Position numbers and translations under genes: made by a program. The notes under the pieces are model-generated. The model did not search any database. It worked only from the letters and a program-made list of their open reading frames with translations, and had not been told where the DNA came from. From the IMG/VR virus record IMGVR_UViG_3300020581_000002, positions 3,247-67,246 of that record: a stretch of DNA of 64,000 bases. One strand, given 5' to 3'. Shown piece after piece: positions 53,200-62,259 of this stretch. This DNA is from a virus. Position 1 is the first letter of the stretch. Each line of letters opens with the position of its first letter.

Positions 53200-53430
53200 C
53201 TATTTTTCCTCTTTTTCCTCGCTCGACTTTGTTGGAGGAATGAGTTGGGTATTCGCCTGCGAGATCAGTTTTTGCAATAAGGGGTTAACCTCGTTCCACG
53301 GCGCCTCGCCAAGTTTTTTTATGATCTGGTTGGCTTCAGAAAGCGTTATGGTCCACGTAACATTGCGCTCTTGCGCCAAGACTCCCGCGGGCAGTAACAG
53401 CAATATCGCGATAAACGTGCGCCACATCAT
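53200..53430 (-). CDS. Small signal-peptide protein
   Basis: MMWRTFIAILLLLPAGVLA|QE; LGEAPWNEVNPLLQKLISQ. Confidence 0.65.
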   Translation of the reverse strand: MMWRTFIAILLLLPAGVLAQERNVTWTITLSEANQIIKKLGEAPWNEVNPLLQKLISQANTQLIPPTKSSEEKEEK

Positions 53431-53681
53431 CGCTTTCTCACAATCCAGTTGGCCGCAAGCACAAACAGCGCGTAAATCGAAAGCGAGGTGATCTGGTAGG
53501 CATTCGGATCGGGCACCGACCACCACAGCCACCACGCGCCGAACACAGTGAATAGACAAAAAAGGTCGGCAGCAGCCACGAGAGCGCGCTGAGAGAGGGC
53601 GCGCAGTGCCAGCATCACGCCGGCGACGGCCGCCGGCTCGGCGTCACCCTCTTCAACTATCTCGAACTTTCGCTCGGCCAT
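53427..53681 (-). CDS. Two-TM membrane protein
   Basis: ALRALSQRA...FCLFTVFGAWWLWW..PDP..YQ...YALFVL. Confidence 0.7.
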   Translation of the reverse strand: MAERKFEIVEEGDAEPAAVAGVMLALRALSQRALVAAADLFCLFTVFGAWWLWWSVPDPNAYQITSLSIYALFVLAANWIVRKR

Positions 53682-53898
53682 TACCCACTTCCTCTACTTG
53701 CGCCGCGAAGTCCTCGAAGGTCGGCGTATCGTCCCGCTCGGGCGTCTTGCTACGATTCTTGCTCACTATAGCAAGATACGCCGCCAAAGTCTTGAGCGCG
53801 TCCACCTTCTCGCCAAAGCGAGGGGCGCCCTTGCCCGACTTGACCGCCTCGGTCGCGACGTGGGCGGCAAGGGTGCTGATATCGTCGTCTATGCTCAC
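53653..53898 (-). CDS. Hypothetical protein
   Basis: GGAG RBS; 81 aa. Confidence 0.6.
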   Translation of the reverse strand: MSIDDDISTLAAHVATEAVKSGKGAPRFGEKVDALKTLAAYLAIVSKNRSKTPERDDTPTFEDFAAQVEEVGNGRAKVRDS

Positions 53899-54041
53899 TT
53901 AGGCGACTCCAATTTCTGATCGGCATCAAGTCGCAAAACGCCTAAATTTACTAGTGTATCTACAAATTCTGCTGCACGAAGGCGCGACCATTTGGAAGCC
54001 ACGCCGTCACACACTATCTTGATCGCTTGTTCTCTGGTCAT
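53895..54041 (-). CDS. Hypothetical protein (48 aa, MTREQAIKIVCD...)
   Basis: Read manually; GGAGGG upstream; GTGA overlap. Confidence 0.5.
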   Translation of the reverse strand: MTREQAIKIVCDGVASKWSRLRAAEFVDTLVNLGVLRLDADQKLESPK

Positions 54042-54042
54042 T

Positions 54043-57000
54043 TTACTCGATTCCCTCCAACGCGGGTTCTTGCGCCTGCTCTAGCCCCTCGCCCACCCCC
54101 GCCCCAACAGCGCCACCGCGCTGGAGCGCCTTTTGCACTTGTTGGCGCACTATCTCGCGTGCCGCGGGATCACCATCCAGTCCTTTCTGCACCCAGCGCA
54201 AGAAAGCGGGCGATGTCGCGAGCTTGCGCACGAAACCGTAATAGCCGCCGAGCATCGCGCGCCCGACTGCATCTGCGCCAGGGACAACCTTGGTGGGCGC
54301 TGTCAACAACTGCGCAATTGCGCCGCCGCGCCCCAGGATCGATGCCCACGGATGCTCCACCTTGGACACTGCTGCCATCGACTTGGCGGTGCCCTGCGTG
54401 CCCCTGGTTGACATCAGGAAATCCATCTCCCTGGCGAGCTGCTGCATCTGGTCGAGCGTCACGCCGGGGAACATGACCCGCTGCACCTCGGGCGATATCT
54501 TAGCGAGCCGGGCACCGGGCTCAAGCGTCCCCTGGAGGATGCGCTGCGCATACACCTGTCGGAGCATCTCGAACTCAGGTGAGTCCTCGCCGAACCGCGC
54601 GGCGGCGGCGAGGATCAAATCTTCCGAACCGAGGATGCGATCAACCGCCTCAGCGGCGCCCGTCGTGGGTTTGAGCAGGAACCCGAACGGACCGGCCAGC
54701 CGCTTGGCGCGCAACTCGGCCGACTCCTTCTTCGCTGCCGCCTCGATCCCACCCATCTCGCGCTTGAGCGTCCCCAAAGGGTCCTGCTTGGCGACCGCCT
54801 TGGCGGCGTCACCCGCCGCCCGCGCACGGGCGATTATCTCGGTCACGGTGTCGCCCGGCCGCACCGGTATCTCCAGGCGCCCGCCCAGCATCTCGATGCG
54901 CCGCGCCTGCTCGATGAGCTTCGCCGACGCCTCGCGCCCGTGTACCGCCTCCAGCATATCACCGGAAGCATTACGATGCCGCTCCAACACCTGTCGAGCA
55001 AAGGCGCGACCGTCGATCTGGTCTGGAACTAGAGTCTTACTAGCGTTCAACATGGCTTGTACGTCGGCCGCCTTGACGCCCGCCCACAGGTTGGGACCCA
55101 CCAGACGCGCAACCGTCCTGGTGAGGTCCGAGCGTCCCTCCCTGACGAGCGTGTCGAACAGGTTCTTGGGATCGGCCGGCATGCCTGACTCAAGCCCGCT
55201 TACCACCGCCTGGATATGCTTGTCGGTCAGCGGCCTGATGGCATCGCGGTAGAAATCATCCGCCGCCCGCAGCGCGCGCGCCGCCTCCTGCAACTCCGGC
55301 ACCGCGCCGGGATCGTTGAGAATCTCATCCACCCGGTTGGCAAAGAACTTGAAGGTGCCCTGCTTCACGTCGGGCGTGAGATCGAGATGATTGTAGTTGG
55401 CACGCAGCACAGAGCGCAGATTGTGCAGCTGCCCAAACGTAGGCGTCGCGGGCTCCTTCTCCCACTCGCCGGTCGGCACGCCATGCTCATCTAGCTTCTG
55501 GACGCCCGCGAGGTCGCGAATCTGCTTGACGATCGAGGGGTAGCGGTTCTCGAACCCTTCCGGCAGCTCGGCCAGGAACTGCGCGGCGCGCTCAGGGAGC
55601 CCCGCCATTTCAGGCAAGTGCTCGCCCGCAAGCGCATCAGCCTCGTTGTACATCTTGCGCGCACGTGCCTGGATACCTTGCTTTACCGCCTTGAGCTTCT
55701 CGCCCACCATCTGCCACAAATCACCGGAGTTGCCCCCTGCCTTGGACACCTTGACGGCACCGTCAATGTCCTGTTGGATGTCCCGAAACCCTGCATCAAT
55801 CAGGTTTTCAGCGGCTTTTCGTGCCGCGACCTCGGCTTGTCGCAACCCCTCAACGCGCACGCTGTGCTCGCCCACCTGACCCACAGCCCTGCCGAGCGCA
55901 GCGCCTACCTCGCCCTCCCGCCTCGCCGCATGCTCCGCCGCGAGACGCGCGTCCTGCTCGGCAGCAACCGCCCGCGCGTGAGCAAGAATTGCCGTGCCGG
56001 CACGCTCCGTGGACACCGCCTCGGTCGGGCCCGCTACCTCGTGCTCCGGCACGCCCAGCTCGCCCAGGATACCACGCTTGGAGCGCTCGTAATGTTCCTC
56101 CGCGGACTGTAAAAGCGGCTTTTGCGTGTGAAGTGCCGGGTCGAACACCTCAACCACGTTCTGGATGTGCGGCGCCTCTTTGGCCCATCCTGACGGCGGC
56201 ACCAACACGCCCTTATCGGCGAGCCCGACCGCCATATTCAATCCTTCGGGGTCGGCACCAATAAATTGTGCCACCGCGCCAGGCAGTCCCAACTTGGCGC
56301 CACGCATCCGGGGCAGCACGGAAGCAACACCGCGCCCCACCGCGGTCCCGGCGCCCGCCATCACGCCCGAAGTGCCCAGCTCCATTGCCTCCTCGCCCGC
56401 GGAACGATCGTAGACCCCCGCGAGCGCCATGATCGCGTCGTTAAACCCCTGGCCCACCGCGCCGCCCACTGCCGCGCCACCAACCGCTCCCGGCAGGCCG
56501 CTCACGAGACCGCCGCCGATCTCGCCCACAACCGCGCCCACGGTCGGAAAAGCACCGCCCACCGCTGCTGCGCCGGCCGCCTTCCAATTCTCGGCGAGCG
56601 ACTCGTGCTCCTCCGACGGCCCTCTGGGACGACGGCGCGTGCCGTTCCGCTCCTGGACATAGAGGCCCTTCGGATCGTTCCTGATCTCAGCGCCGGGATA
56701 ACCGCGCTCCAAAGCGCGACGCTGTTCCCGCTCGTTGACCGCCATGTTGAACAGTGAATGAGTCGTGAAATCCACGCTCTCATAGCGCGGCTTGGTGCGC
56801 AGATTGCCGCGCGGATCGAGGAAGTCGGCGCCCTCGGGCACTGCTTCATAAGAATCTTCATCCGCGACCGACCACGGCTTGGTTCGGGTATTGCCCTGCG
56901 GATCAAGGAAGTCGGTACCAGGAGAAAGGGCGTCGTACTCCTGCTGGGACGCTACCTTCGGAGGCGGCGCCTTGTAGGCAATATCGGGCCGGTCCCGCAT

Positions 57001-57087
57001 CGGTGCGCGGGGCTCGGCTGCAAGCCCGCGCTCCTTGAGAAGAGAGCGCTCGGCATCGAGCTGCGAGGAATACGCGTCACTCATCAC
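54043..57087 (-). CDS. Large internal virion (ejection) protein
   Basis: 1014 aa, Ala/Arg/Glu-rich helical, Gly-rich hydrophobic segment; podovirus position. Confidence 0.7.
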   Translation of the reverse strand: MMSDAYSSQLDAERSLLKERGLAAEPRAPMRDRPDIAYKAPPPKVASQQEYDALSPGTDFLDPQGNTRTKPWSVADEDSYEAVPEGADFLDPRGNLRTKPRYESVDFTTHSLFNMAVNEREQRRALERGYPGAEIRNDPKGLYVQERNGTRRRPRGPSEEHESLAENWKAAGAAAVGGAFPTVGAVVGEIGGGLVSGLPGAVGGAAVGGAVGQGFNDAIMALAGVYDRSAGEEAMELGTSGVMAGAGTAVGRGVASVLPRMRGAKLGLPGAVAQFIGADPEGLNMAVGLADKGVLVPPSGWAKEAPHIQNVVEVFDPALHTQKPLLQSAEEHYERSKRGILGELGVPEHEVAGPTEAVSTERAGTAILAHARAVAAEQDARLAAEHAARREGEVGAALGRAVGQVGEHSVRVEGLRQAEVAARKAAENLIDAGFRDIQQDIDGAVKVSKAGGNSGDLWQMVGEKLKAVKQGIQARARKMYNEADALAGEHLPEMAGLPERAAQFLAELPEGFENRYPSIVKQIRDLAGVQKLDEHGVPTGEWEKEPATPTFGQLHNLRSVLRANYNHLDLTPDVKQGTFKFFANRVDEILNDPGAVPELQEAARALRAADDFYRDAIRPLTDKHIQAVVSGLESGMPADPKNLFDTLVREGRSDLTRTVARLVGPNLWAGVKAADVQAMLNASKTLVPDQIDGRAFARQVLERHRNASGDMLEAVHGREASAKLIEQARRIEMLGGRLEIPVRPGDTVTEIIARARAAGDAAKAVAKQDPLGTLKREMGGIEAAAKKESAELRAKRLAGPFGFLLKPTTGAAEAVDRILGSEDLILAAAARFGEDSPEFEMLRQVYAQRILQGTLEPGARLAKISPEVQRVMFPGVTLDQMQQLAREMDFLMSTRGTQGTAKSMAAVSKVEHPWASILGRGGAIAQLLTAPTKVVPGADAVGRAMLGGYYGFVRKLATSPAFLRWVQKGLDGDPAAREIVRQQVQKALQRGGAVGAGVGEGLEQAQEPALEGIE

Positions 57088-60000
57088 TGGTAGTCCGCGA
57101 GGCGCGCTTGCGCTTCGGCTTCAAGCCGGGAGGAAGCTCCTCGTCCTCATCCCTCACCAGCTCGGGCAGCGTTTGCTTCGGCGAAGCGGCTCTCTTGCGG
57201 GGCGTGCGAGCGGACGCGACAAGCCCCTTGGAACGTGCGGTGGGCGGCACCGTGCGCCCCGGCACTGGTATCTTGGTCGAGGTGACTGCCGGCGGCAAGC
57301 CCTCCAGGATGCTTGACGGCAGGCGGCTGCCGTATTCCGACGGGTTGGTCAGATTCTCCCAACCCTGCTTCTGAGCCTCGGCGCCGCGCGGCAGCACCGT
57401 CGCATCATAAGCGTTGGGAACCACAAAGGAAGCGTCGAATGGCAACGTGGCAGCCGCCGCGATGGTCACCGGGCTATGCCCCTTGTCAGCCAGGGTCTTG
57501 AGAATCTCAGCGTGCTCCTTGTTGTACTCCTTGAGCGTGTTGACGAGAGGCGTCGCCGCGGTCTTGTCACCAGCTGCTAGCGCCTTTTCGGCTTTTTCGG
57601 CAGTCTCTTCCCACTTTTTTATGTACTTGTTGGCAGCGGACGCCTGCCGCAGCTTCACGGCGTAGGGGATCGCCGCAGAGAGCGAGGTCCCAATCCACGG
57701 GAGCATAGAGTTGAGAACGGGATAACGGTCGCGGAAAGCCGCGGTGCGCGCCTTGTATTCCGCCGCTTCCTTCTCATCGGCCTGGTGCTTGCGCTCAGCC
57801 TTGTCAGCCCAAAACTTAGTGCGCTGCTCAGCATTAAAACCACGGTAAAGAGCACGCTCGTCCTCCGGCAGGCTCGAAACCTCGGCCTCGAGCTTGGTCC
57901 TGGCCTCCTCGTCGTGCTTAGCACGTTCTTCCTTCTCGCGCCCCTCCCTTTCCTGTTCGGCCTGTCGCTCGCGCGTCTCCTTCTCGGTCTGAGCGCGGCG
58001 CTCACCCGCCTCCTTGGCGAACGACTGGAGCAAAGCCGGCCGATCGGCGCGCGGGCTTCGGCGCAAAATTTCCTTCTGCTCCGCCGTCAACCCCTCGTCG
58101 CCCGCCTCAGCCCTTGATGCTGCGAGCGTCGTGCCCGCCCCTGCACCGGCGCCGAGCAACGTCGTCATGAGCTGCCGCACCATCGGTCGTGCAAGCGGCA
58201 TCCCGGCACGCACTGCGGCGCCGCCAACCGGTATAGCCGCCGACATAGCGTGGGCGCCTGCCTCCGATGGATTGTCTGCCTGAATAGATTCCTGAGCGCT
58301 CAGAGCCGCGCCCACGGGCGTGAGATCAAGCGCCGAGATGCCGCTGCCGCCGACACCAGTCGTACCAATGCCGGACGACCCAATCGTCTCGCGTGCCATC
58401 TGACGCGTGTGGTAAGACGCGCTATCGGGCAATATAAAGTTGGCAAGCCGATCACGCCACGTCGGCTCGTAGGCGCGCAATTCCGCATTCTGCGAGGAAA
58501 TGGGCTGCGAAAAAAACCCGCCTGCCTCGCCGGCACGTTCTGACTGGGCGGGAGGAAGCTCCTCCGCCTGAGCCGTCCCTACTGGATTGAAAAACGACGC
58601 GATTTTACCAAAAGAAGACTCGTTGGAAGACCTCTTATCCGCCGGCGTCTTGATGGGTGCCGCGTCCCACGGCATCTTCTCGTCGCCAGTCCCGCCAGCA
58701 GGAACTGTTTCACGTGGAGCACGAGGAGCGCCCGCGTCGCGAGGATCGAACACGCCCTCATAGCGACGCGTTGATTGCTCGCGCATCGTCCTAAACAGTT
58801 CCTGAAGGCGCAGGAGGCGCTTGGCGGTGTTCGCTGTGGTGTCGCCAGCGTTGAGACCAGGGATGATCCGTGCGATCTCGGCTTCTTCGGCCGCCAGTGG
58901 GCGTCCTTTCGATTCGTTGAGAAGCCGTGGACCCCACTCGCGCAACTCGGAAATGTAGCTCGCGAACTGCGCCCGATCGGTCGCATTCGACCCGAACACG
59001 TTACCCACTACCTCCGCAGGGCGCGTGATCCGCCCGCCGAGGCCAGCAAGCGCATTGTGCTTCTTGAGCAGCGCCTCGACCTTATCGATCGTTTGATCCG
59101 ACAACTGGAGTCGCTCGATCTGTCCCGCGAGATCGTCCTTGGTCTTGCCCGATATTGCCGCACCCTCAGTCTTAAGCTGCCGCGACACGTCTTCACGAAT
59201 GCGGGCGATGTCCTCCTGGCTCTTGCCTTCCAGCTCACCGCTCTGGCGTTTCTCCTCCATGATCTTGCGTACCGCGTCAGCGCGCTGGCGCTCGTCGGTG
59301 AGGTTGACATTGCCCCCGCCGCCCGCTCCACCAAGATACGGTCGCGTCAGCGCCTCAGTGATCTCCTTGTTCTTGGCAATTAGCTCATCGGCCGTCGGCA
59401 GCCGCCCCTTGCCCTTGATGGTTTCAGCCGCGAACTGGCCCAGCGCTTGTGCGCGCGGGTCGCCCGGCTTCATGTGAAGAAAAAACGCGTTGTTGAACGC
59501 GTCGAGCAGCGCCTGCCCCCTCTGAGTCGGGTCTTGAATGTGCTCCTCAATCGTCTTGGCGTCGCGCTCGAACACCAGCTTCTGGAGTCCGCGCCCCGTC
59601 ATCTCCTGCACGGCCTGCCCGGTCTTGTTGATCGCGTCGGCGCGCTTCTCCATCGCCTCGTACAGCTCGGGGAACATGCCGTGCTCGATGAGCACCATCT
59701 CCTTGCTCATCCCGAACTGAGCTGCCACCATGCGCGCTTTTGCCGCACCCGCCGCCATATCCGTGTCCATCAGACGCAACGCATCGCCCAAGCGCTCGTG
59801 CTCAAGCTGATGGCGCTTGAAAGTGAGGTCGGTGTTCTCCTTCCACGCGTCATGAGCGTGGTTATACGCCTCCTCGTCGCCAGCCCTGACTGCGTTCATA
59901 GCGGCAGCCGAGGCGTTAAGGGCATTCTCCATCGGGGCGCGCGTGAACGCGCTCGCGAGCATCCCGAACACGCTGCCAAGCGAGCCGAACGCCTGAATCG

Positions 60001-60325
60001 GATCGGTCTGGTACTTCTTGCTCTCGGCGCCCGCGTCCCACTTCTGAAACTCGCCGGGCCCGACACCCTCCGCTTCGTACTGGTGCTCGATCCGCGCGCG
60101 ATCGCGTTCCATGCGCGCCTCGGTCTGCGCATCCACGTCGAGCAAGTGCTTGAACGTGCCGCGCTGAGCCTGCGTGTAATCTTCCTTCAATCCCGGCGGC
60201 AAACCGTCGTCGTCAGAAACTGGTAAAGCTCCGCCCGTACCGCCAAGCGGGATGCGCGCACCCGTCATGTTTTGCGGTTGCTTGCCATCCAAAAGGTCGT
60301 TGCCAACAAAGGCAGAATCAGTCAT
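57077..60325 (-). CDS. Large internal virion (ejection) protein
   Basis: 1082 aa, helical; second of three consecutive ejection-type genes. Confidence 0.7.
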   Translation of the reverse strand: MTDSAFVGNDLLDGKQPQNMTGARIPLGGTGGALPVSDDDGLPPGLKEDYTQAQRGTFKHLLDVDAQTEARMERDRARIEHQYEAEGVGPGEFQKWDAGAESKKYQTDPIQAFGSLGSVFGMLASAFTRAPMENALNASAAAMNAVRAGDEEAYNHAHDAWKENTDLTFKRHQLEHERLGDALRLMDTDMAAGAAKARMVAAQFGMSKEMVLIEHGMFPELYEAMEKRADAINKTGQAVQEMTGRGLQKLVFERDAKTIEEHIQDPTQRGQALLDAFNNAFFLHMKPGDPRAQALGQFAAETIKGKGRLPTADELIAKNKEITEALTRPYLGGAGGGGNVNLTDERQRADAVRKIMEEKRQSGELEGKSQEDIARIREDVSRQLKTEGAAISGKTKDDLAGQIERLQLSDQTIDKVEALLKKHNALAGLGGRITRPAEVVGNVFGSNATDRAQFASYISELREWGPRLLNESKGRPLAAEEAEIARIIPGLNAGDTTANTAKRLLRLQELFRTMREQSTRRYEGVFDPRDAGAPRAPRETVPAGGTGDEKMPWDAAPIKTPADKRSSNESSFGKIASFFNPVGTAQAEELPPAQSERAGEAGGFFSQPISSQNAELRAYEPTWRDRLANFILPDSASYHTRQMARETIGSSGIGTTGVGGSGISALDLTPVGAALSAQESIQADNPSEAGAHAMSAAIPVGGAAVRAGMPLARPMVRQLMTTLLGAGAGAGTTLAASRAEAGDEGLTAEQKEILRRSPRADRPALLQSFAKEAGERRAQTEKETRERQAEQEREGREKEERAKHDEEARTKLEAEVSSLPEDERALYRGFNAEQRTKFWADKAERKHQADEKEAAEYKARTAAFRDRYPVLNSMLPWIGTSLSAAIPYAVKLRQASAANKYIKKWEETAEKAEKALAAGDKTAATPLVNTLKEYNKEHAEILKTLADKGHSPVTIAAAATLPFDASFVVPNAYDATVLPRGAEAQKQGWENLTNPSEYGSRLPSSILEGLPPAVTSTKIPVPGRTVPPTARSKGLVASARTPRKRAASPKQTLPELVRDEDEELPPGLKPKRKRASRTTSDE

Positions 60326-60326
60326 T

Positions 60327-61280
60327 TCACGCCGCCATCCTCGTCATCGGCCCCGATAGCGCGCCCGCGAAGTTAGCGATGGCCTTACCCATGCTCGCAG
60401 TCTGCTGCTGGTCAATCTGCATTAGTTTATCGAGTATCTGGCTCGATAACTGCACCTCGTTCGCACCAGCCTGGAACAACTGCTCGCCCTCCTGCGCCAC
60501 CGCAATCAACGCGTTGCGGTCAGCCGACGCCAAGTCCTGCGCCAACGCGCTGTTCTGCGTCGGATCGGTCGAGAGCCCGTTGCGAGCCGCGTTGGCGATA
60601 ATCTGCGCTTTGGCAGCCTGGGTCGCGCGATCAACCGCCGCCTGCAACCCCGCCGGCAAGGTGCCGGTCTGCAGGTAGCTCATAAACTGCTGCCCCTGAG
60701 CGCTAAGCTGGTTCGCCTGCCCCTGGAGCTGATTCTGCTCGGGCAATTTCTTCTGCCCTTGCATCATATTATAGATGAGCCCGCCGGTACCGGCAGCGAC
60801 GCCCAGCGGGTTCTTGAGAATCTGATTACCGATTGCGCCAGGAATCCCCTCAACACCACCGATCAGCTTGCTGATGAAGCTATCGCCCCCACCCGTCGCG
60901 GCGCCAAGATCGAGACCGGGCGTACCGGGGCGAGGAATTGGCAGCGGCACATCGCCCGACGCAGCGTCGGCAAAAGAAAGCACGTTGCCTCCACCCCCAC
61001 CACTCCCGATCAGATCAGTAATCGCACCACCGGCATCACCAGCCGCAGCTCCCCCCTCCGCCGCGAAGGGCAACGCACCACCAGCAGCTTCGGCTCCGCC
61101 AAAACCAAGCGCACTACCCGCCCCAGCGGCCAACCCAGGCAAGGCAGCAAGCGCAAAAGGCGCCGCGACCGCTGCGGTTCCTTCCAGCGTCTGCGCCAAC
61201 TCATTCGGCCGGAACATGCCGCTGATATCATTGCCGAGATTCGAGGTCTTGCCTTCAAACAAATCGCTAAAAAAAGAGAT
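60327..61280 (-). CDS. Gly/Ala/Gln-rich ejection (pilot) protein, probable ATC start
   Basis: AGGAGG 5 nt before ATC TCT TTT TTT AGC GAT; in frame with ORF 60327..61262. Confidence 0.65.
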   Translation of the reverse strand: MSFFSDLFEGKTSNLGNDISGMFRPNELAQTLEGTAAVAAPFALAALPGLAAGAGSALGFGGAEAAGGALPFAAEGGAAAGDAGGAITDLIGSGGGGGNVLSFADAASGDVPLPIPRPGTPGLDLGAATGGGDSFISKLIGGVEGIPGAIGNQILKNPLGVAAGTGGLIYNMMQGQKKLPEQNQLQGQANQLSAQGQQFMSYLQTGTLPAGLQAAVDRATQAAKAQIIANAARNGLSTDPTQNSALAQDLASADRNALIAVAQEGEQLFQAGANEVQLSSQILDKLMQIDQQQTASMGKAIANFAGALSGPMTRMAA

Positions 61281-61292
61281 GGCAGCCTCCTA

Positions 61293-61754
61293 TCATAACC
61301 TCGCAAACACAACCTGCCGCGTGAACAGCCGCCCCATGCGCTCCTTGATCATGTCGTGCGGCACATCGCTCATGGCCTCAACCATCACAGCATCGACGCC
61401 CTGGTTCTTTCCCCACCTCACAAACTCGTCGTAGAAAGCGACGGCCTCGCGATCGTGCCCCTCCTTAACGAACACGAACATCTCCTGCACAACGGGCTTC
61501 ATCTCAAGCGGGTGCGCGCGCGTTACCGTCGCAAGCGCCACACCGTGCTCCTGGTAGAGAAACAAAAACTCGTTCGAGTAGATGATCCCGCGCAGCCAGC
61601 CCGCGAGATCGCGCGCGGTGCGATGCGGATACGCCTTGAGCAGGCGATCCGTGATCCAACCCCCGTGGCGGTCGAGATCAGGCACCTCGAACCGGCGCAT
61701 CGCAATTTGCTCTCGCACCACCTCGCGCTTTGCAATTTCAGCTGTTACGGCCAT
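61293..61754 (-). CDS. GNAT-like protein of the podovirus tail module
   Basis: MRRFEVPDL...VQEMFVFV...FVRWGKNQG; sits between tail-tube and ejection genes. Confidence 0.6.
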   Translation of the reverse strand: MAVTAEIAKREVVREQIAMRRFEVPDLDRHGGWITDRLLKAYPHRTARDLAGWLRGIIYSNEFLFLYQEHGVALATVTRAHPLEMKPVVQEMFVFVKEGHDREAVAFYDEFVRWGKNQGVDAVMVEAMSDVPHDMIKERMGRLFTRQVVFARL

Positions 61755-61761
61755 ACGCGCC

Positions 61762-61914
61762 TCATTGTCCCAATATAAACTTCGCTTGCCGCATGTACGC
61801 AGCCTGCACTTGCGCCGGCTGTGCCGCACATACCGACTGCTGATCCGCCGGTTTTGCCAACGCGATATTGTTTTCCAGGATGCAAAGCATCAACGCTAGT
61901 TGCACTACCGTCAT
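61762..61914 (-). CDS. Hypothetical protein (50 aa, MTVVQLALMLC...)
   Basis: Read manually; GAGGG RBS. Confidence 0.4.
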   Translation of the reverse strand: MTVVQLALMLCILENNIALAKPADQQSVCAAQPAQVQAAYMRQAKFILGQ

Positions 61915-61923
61915 TTCCAACCC

Positions 61924-62259
61924 TCACAAATTAAGAAGCGTCCTCGCCCTGTCGTGGTTGTCGCCGTTGTCATTCATCCAGCGTATCACGTCCTGCGGGT
62001 CGCGCCAATCGATCGAGAGCAGGTCATACCCCTGGATGCCAAGAGCATTGTTCATCTGGTCGTGCATCGCCTGGTGACGATAAAGCCACGAGGAATCGTC
62101 GCGCCGGAACGGGTCAAGCACGTACTCGACGACCCTGATTCCCAGCGTCTGCAAGACCACCCGGTCGATGTCGCGATGGTCGGCGGCGTGCGCGAATGAC
62201 CAGCGAGTAAAATCATCCTCCGTCCACCCCTCCTCGGTGAGCTGGTCAATGTTAGGCAT
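61924..62259 (-). CDS. His-rich hypothetical protein
   Basis: WSFAHAADH...WLYRHQAMH...W...N...H. Confidence 0.7.
   Translation of the reverse strand: MPNIDQLTEEGWTEDDFTRWSFAHAADHRDIDRVVLQTLGIRVVEYVLDPFRRDDSSWLYRHQAMHDQMNNALGIQGYDLLSIDWRDPQDVIRWMNDNGDNHDRARTLLNL

Noticed and set aside
41324-53430. Diversity-generating retroelement or invertible tail-fibre cassette
   Set aside because: No reverse transcriptase, no template/variable repeat pair noticed, all fibre genes are co-oriented, and the recombinase is about 30 kb away.
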